Of a DNA stretch of 64,000 bases, positions 59,855 through 64,000 are shown one piece after another. The notes beneath the pieces were generated by a model. That model was not told the origin of the DNA. It saw only the letters and a program-made list of their open reading frames with translations, and searched no databases. Source of the DNA: Pseudomonadota bacterium (GTDB lineage: Bacteria; Bdellovibrionota_G; JALEGL01; DATDPG01); assembly GCA_043809315.1 (NCBI GenBank), contig JAZDDX010000016.1, positions 1 to 64,000 of the forward strand. Reading direction: 5' to 3'. The first letter of the stretch is position 1, and every line of letters begins with the position of its first letter. The translations under genes were made by a program, and so were the position numbers.

Positions 59855-60418
59855 TTACCAGTTGAACGAGAGCGAATTGGTGACCTTGTAGTGGCACCGG
59901 CCGTTCCGGTCGGTCCAACCGACAAGGGCTCGGATCAGCTTCTCGCTCGTCGAAAGAGCAGGATTGAGGTTGTCACAGGCCAGTTCCGGAGGGCGGTACG
60001 TTCCGGTCACGTTCCCCCCGCAATAGGTGGGGCTCCCGCCGACGGTCACGCCGGTCGTCGCAGAGGTACAGATCACGATGCTCCGGAAATAGGAGTATGG
60101 CCCGCTCCCAGCTCCCGACTCTTGTCCGATCTTGTTGAGCGGTCCGATCGTATAAACCGATCCGCCGTTCAGGCCGTTGAGGCTGGGAGCGGAAGCGTCC
60201 GTCCCCAGGGCGTTCCAGGCGACGTTCGCGAAATCCTCGATTGCCGATTGGAGCAGGGTGGCAGCCTCGTCCGACCCTTTCGCGACGCGATTCCCCTGCG
60301 CCTGCATCATCGTCATTCCCGCGAAACCGATCAGACCGACGACAAAGATGACCACGCCGACCATTACCTCGATCAGCGTAAACCCCGGATCGGAACGAGG
60401 GGGAAGGGAACGGATCAT
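59855..60418 (-). CDS. Type IV minor pilin (PilV-like)
   Basis: Prepilin motif G|FTLIEVMV. Confidence 0.85.
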   Translation of the reverse strand: MIRSLPPRSDPGFTLIEVMVGVVIFVVGLIGFAGMTMMQAQGNRVAKGSDEAATLLQSAIEDFANVAWNALGTDASAPSLNGLNGGSVYTIGPLNKIGQESGAGSGPYSYFRSIVICTSATTGVTVGGSPTYCGGNVTGTYRPPELACDNLNPALSTSEKLIRALVGWTDRNGRCHYKVTNSLSFNW

Positions 60419-60936
60419 TCGGCTCCGTCCGGTCGTTTGAGAAGCGCGAGGAGTTCCTCCGCCTTCGGTTTGGCCCCCGTCGAATCGTTCCCCGCGATCA
60501 CCGACCTCGCGAGCTCCTGGGCCTGCGTCACCACATTCTCCTCGGTCTCCAGGAAGTGGTTCAACGGCTCCCGCATCGGAAGGAGGTAATCGTACTTCCG
60601 GAATCGGACACGGGCGCTCCGATCCCCCTCCATCCAAGCACTCAGCACGTTCGACAACCCCTGCATCGGCCCCGCGAGCCGATGAGCCATCAGGACCCCG
60701 ATGATGAAAAGAACGATCATCGCCACGAACATGAGCGGCCATTTGATCAGGATCGTGCGGTTCAACTCATCGAGCAGCCAGGGGGCCGACTCCTCCCCGA
60801 ACCAATCGCTCATCGGGGGGACGAAGAGGAGGAACGCGCAGAGGATGATGAAGCCGATCGCAACGAAGACCACTTCGAGGCCGAACCAGATCTGCTGTCT
60901 GGGGTTCACAAAACTCTTACGTCTGCGCCAAATCAT
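60415..60936 (-). CDS. Membrane protein with HAMP-like segment
   Basis: Two TM helices, then HRLAGP..GD..R.R..D. Confidence 0.7.
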   Translation of the reverse strand: MIWRRRKSFVNPRQQIWFGLEVVFVAIGFIILCAFLLFVPPMSDWFGEESAPWLLDELNRTILIKWPLMFVAMIVLFIIGVLMAHRLAGPMQGLSNVLSAWMEGDRSARVRFRKYDYLLPMREPLNHFLETEENVVTQAQELARSVIAGNDSTGAKPKAEELLALLKRPDGAE

Positions 60937-60945
60937 GCGACCTCC

Positions 60946-61362
60946 CTAATAAAGTTTCGTATCTACCTTCCGAAGAGAAACCAGCCGGATAATTCCAAAC
61001 ATTTCGGTCGGCTGAAGATCCAAAAAAGCCACTTCCACCCCCGACCCCAGCCACGAGTCTTTCAGCAAATGGAACGACATCGGCCGGAGTTCGAGAAGGT
61101 ACCGGGCGGCCCCCGGACTCCCCTCCAGGTCTTTCAGGCGCCGGAGTTCGAGACGATACGGAGGGGCCGTTTCGTCGCGCGCTTCGCTCACCCGGAGAGT
61201 GATCTTCCGAGTCGTAAGCTTCGCACGAATCTCTTCCACTTGCGACCAGGCACTTTCCGCGGGAGGCAAAAGCACGGGGCCGGTCTTGCTGTAGATGAAG
61301 AGGATGATCGCAAAGAGAACGAACCCCCCCAAGATCCAGGCGACGCCGGGGATATCCCTCAT
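60946..61362 (-). CDS. Hypothetical membrane-anchored protein
   Basis: MRDIPGVAW.. N-terminal TM helix; ATGA coupling. Confidence 0.6.
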   Translation of the reverse strand: MRDIPGVAWILGGFVLFAIILFIYSKTGPVLLPPAESAWSQVEEIRAKLTTRKITLRVSEARDETAPPYRLELRRLKDLEGSPGAARYLLELRPMSFHLLKDSWLGSGVEVAFLDLQPTEMFGIIRLVSLRKVDTKLY

Positions 61363-62183
61363 CTCCCCACCTCCTCCGCGATGACGAGCCAGGGCTCGAA
61401 GAACAGCTCCCCCTCCCGGATCCACCATCTCCCCGGGCGAGGCATCGTCCCCATCCCCGAAAGCGGGAATCGGCGCCGCAAGCGGCAGTCTCCCGATTCG
61501 AAATCGAGCGCCGCGAGAACCGTATCGCGTCCCTTTTCCACGGTGCCGGCCAGACGGAACCGTTCGAATCCGGAGCCGAGCGGCTTCCGCTCGTTCACCG
61601 ACCGGCGTTCGTACAGAATCTTCTGCGTTCCGCTCACCTCTTCCGCATCGAAGAAGACCGGACGGACGCCGACGACGAACGAACCCCCCGGAAAGAGCGT
61701 CGTGATCGAGTTCCCTTCGGGAGCGATCTCGACAAAAATCTGAGCTCTCCCGGCGACCACCCGCCGAACCGTGCCCGACCCCACCACGTTGTCCGAACAG
61801 ACGATGACCTGCTGCCCCGCAGCGAACTCCAGCCCCGTCGGAAGCGGAAGCTGGTTCGGGGAAGGCATGGAACGTACCGTGGGAGCGGCCGCTTCGATTT
61901 CGAGAAGCCGGAAGGCCCCGGTTTTCTCGTCGGTCCCGATCGGCGAAAACCCGGCTTTGAGACAGGGGGCGGCCGAGATCTCCCATCTCCGGAGCTTGGT
62001 TTCGATCTCATCCGCCATCCGGATCCAGCTCCACTTCTTCTCGACACAATCCCTCGATGAAAGAGCGATCACTTTCTTCTGTCGGAGCGTGAAGAACGAC
62101 ACCGTCAGCGCAAACAAAAGGAAGGTCGCCAGAACGATCTCGAGGACCGTCAACCCCCTCTGGGTGGATCTTCTCCCCCTCAT
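61359..62183 (-). CDS. Prepilin-like protein
   Basis: QRG|LTVLEIVLA prepilin motif. Confidence 0.7.
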   Translation of the reverse strand: MRGRRSTQRGLTVLEIVLATFLLFALTVSFFTLRQKKVIALSSRDCVEKKWSWIRMADEIETKLRRWEISAAPCLKAGFSPIGTDEKTGAFRLLEIEAAAPTVRSMPSPNQLPLPTGLEFAAGQQVIVCSDNVVGSGTVRRVVAGRAQIFVEIAPEGNSITTLFPGGSFVVGVRPVFFDAEEVSGTQKILYERRSVNERKPLGSGFERFRLAGTVEKGRDTVLAALDFESGDCRLRRRFPLSGMGTMPRPGRWWIREGELFFEPWLVIAEEVGR

Positions 62184-62230
62184 ACGCAGTCGTTCAAAAG
62201 CGTAATGGAGCCGACCGGAGGTGTATAGTA

Positions 62231-63466
62231 TTAGTAACTTTCTTCCCAGGCCGCCGTGATCAACCGTCCCGGCACACCGCCGGTTCCGGTGCCGTTTGCG
62301 TTATTGACCGCCTCAAGGCCGGCGGCCATCCCGGAGCTGCTGAACGCAACGAGTGCATTTCCTTTCACGGAAAGCTCCTTCACCGCGTCCGGCGTCTCGG
62401 AACGGAAGATGATCTTCCCCAGAAGTTGGCAGGTGCCGACCTCCCCGGTGAATGTCATGTCGGAAAAGGCCCCCATCATCAGGACCGGCCCGACCATCGT
62501 CGTCGTTCCGGACATGTCGATGCTCGTGTTGCTGGCGACCACATAAACCCCGCAGGAGTATCCCTTGATATTGATGCTGGTCGACGCCGTGTTGATGATG
62601 AAGATTTTCGGGCTGGTGCAAGGATTGTCCCCGGTGTAATTGCTCCCCGTCAAAACCTCAACCCCCGGGGCAGAGGCGCTGACCGAGGCCCACTGGTTAT
62701 AAAACGTCTGCCACTGGTCACAGCCTGCTGCGGAGCCCGTACTTTGGTCCGCAATTGCGGGAGTGGCACCCCCCGACACACTGACGTTGACCGTGGAACT
62801 CCCGATGATGTCCCAGTTCGCGGTCGTTCCTGCTTCCGGGGTCGTGTTACACCCCGACCCGGTACAGCCGTAAGGGGGATACGGATAGTTCGCCCCGTCG
62901 ATCGTCGCGTTCGTCCCTTTTTGGAGCGTGTCGATCGCCCCGCAGGCGAGGATTGCCGAATCGCAGCCGCCCGGAGGGGTCGGGGAGCAGTCGCTCGGGT
63001 TCGGAGGATAGGTGATCGGATTGGTCCCGTTGATCAGCTGGACATAGGTCGTGATGATGCCTTTTCCCCCCTGGTTGTTCCGGCCGGTCGAGATCACCTT
63101 GATGATCCCGTTCGTGTCGTTCAGGGGGTTGGAATCACCGTCCCGCTCGTCGTCATCCACGGTGACTTCGTACGTCCCGCCGTTGAACGGCGTCGAGGAG
63201 ATCAGGTACGCCCCGTAATACGTGGTCAGGATGCTCGTGAATCCGTTTGCGGCGGATAGGGCCGGCTCCAGACGCGGCCGGGCTCTTGCCAGCCCCGCTT
63301 CGGCAATGTTGAAGATGTCGACCGTCTTCGAGTAGTTGCCGCTCACCTTGACGGCCGAGGTGGTGGTCGCCGCCCCGGTGATCAGGAAGAAGCTCATCGC
63401 CATCAGTGCGATCAGGGCGATGACGACCACAAAACCGCTTTCTCGGTACCGACGTTTCCTTTCCAT
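62231..63466 (-). CDS. PilX-like minor pilin
   Basis: ESG|FVVVIAL, AEAG, beta-rich C-terminus ending in WEE. Confidence 0.8.
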   Translation of the reverse strand: MERKRRYRESGFVVVIALIALMAMSFFLITGAATTTSAVKVSGNYSKTVDIFNIAEAGLARARPRLEPALSAANGFTSILTTYYGAYLISSTPFNGGTYEVTVDDDERDGDSNPLNDTNGIIKVISTGRNNQGGKGIITTYVQLINGTNPITYPPNPSDCSPTPPGGCDSAILACGAIDTLQKGTNATIDGANYPYPPYGCTGSGCNTTPEAGTTANWDIIGSSTVNVSVSGGATPAIADQSTGSAAGCDQWQTFYNQWASVSASAPGVEVLTGSNYTGDNPCTSPKIFIINTASTSINIKGYSCGVYVVASNTSIDMSGTTTMVGPVLMMGAFSDMTFTGEVGTCQLLGKIIFRSETPDAVKELSVKGNALVAFSSSGMAAGLEAVNNANGTGTGGVPGRLITAAWEESY

Positions 63467-63474
63467 ACCCCCTC

Positions 63475-64000
63475 CTACCGGAAGTTCCGGAGTTTGAAGT
63501 CCATCTGGATCTCCTTCGTGTCCTCGGTCCCGGTGTTCGGGTTGACTCTCCCGGTTCCGGCGACCATGTGGAGGCGGACGAGACGGATGAGGCTCGGGTC
63601 GGCTGCGGTCGTGATCCAATCGGTGTGCCCTATAACCTGATAGCTCAGGTCGAACGCCCGTACGTTTTCGATCACGAGGTGGTTTCCCGCCTGGCGGCGG
63701 ATCTCATCCTTGACTCCATCGGGGCTGTCCGGATTGTCGATGTACTGGTACGTGATGTTCTCGTCGCTCACGGGATCGATCGATCCGTTGCCGTTCAGGT
63801 CGGCGTAGATCTGGATCTGGTCGGACGAGGCGATGCCGATCGGGATGACCGCTCCTGCCGAGTACCCCATCGCCCCCGCCGGATTCGACCCGGCCCGGCG
63901 GATGTCCCGCCCGATGATGAAGAACGCGATTTGGGCGATCGACTCGGTGTCGGCCCGAAGCCGCTGGACCGTCGCCGTCTTCCTCGTCTTGGCCACGAAC
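63475..64000 (-). CDS. PilW-like minor pilin (5' end outside the window)
   Basis: RDIRRAG motif, D.NGNG.I, C-terminal KLRN; pilin cluster context. Confidence 0.7.
   Translation of the reverse strand, partial: FVAKTRKTATVQRLRADTESIAQIAFFIIGRDIRRAGSNPAGAMGYSAGAVIPIGIASSDQIQIYADLNGNGSIDPVSDENITYQYIDNPDSPDGVKDEIRRQAGNHLVIENVRAFDLSYQVIGHTDWITTAADPSLIRLVRLHMVAGTGRVNPNTGTEDTKEIQMDFKLRNFR

Overview
High-GC bacterial chromosomal window. It most resembles a Myxococcota/Bdellovibrionota-type deltaproteobacterium (CdbA-like RHH protein, J-domain/TPR protein plus a DnaK paralogue, sigma54 promoters, type IV minor pilins); the taxonomy is inference. Most of it is housekeeping: purA, pckA, topA-trmFO-xerC, dprA, purQ, coaE, accD, murA, prmC-prfA-rpmE, recG, pyrC-carA-carB, lepA, pgsA and tRNA-Glu/Lys/Ala. 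The main discovery candidate is at the left end. A large serine recombinase gene (342-1925) runs antisense through tRNA-Glu and tRNA-Lys and is bracketed by a ~90-bp inverted repeat (135-224 / 1694-1784). Just outside the left arm, on the opposite strand, lies an in-frame alternative C-terminus (AVWAEIRRFFKRKYGDE*) followed by a hairpin. Flipping the gene between the repeats would swap its C-terminal tail and leave the tRNA intact. Other notable items: a bacterial tetraether-lipid-synthase (Tes/MJ0619)-like radical SAM gene in the same window as a squalene-hopene cyclase; a sigma54-driven candidate sRNA behind an HK/NtrC-type pair (Pxr-like arrangement); an unassigned 136-nt hairpin RNA upstream of an HNH nuclease; an unannotated CdbA-like small protein; a convergent amino-sugar salvage cluster; and a HigBA-type TA module. 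All calls come from motif recognition by eye; no database searches were run.
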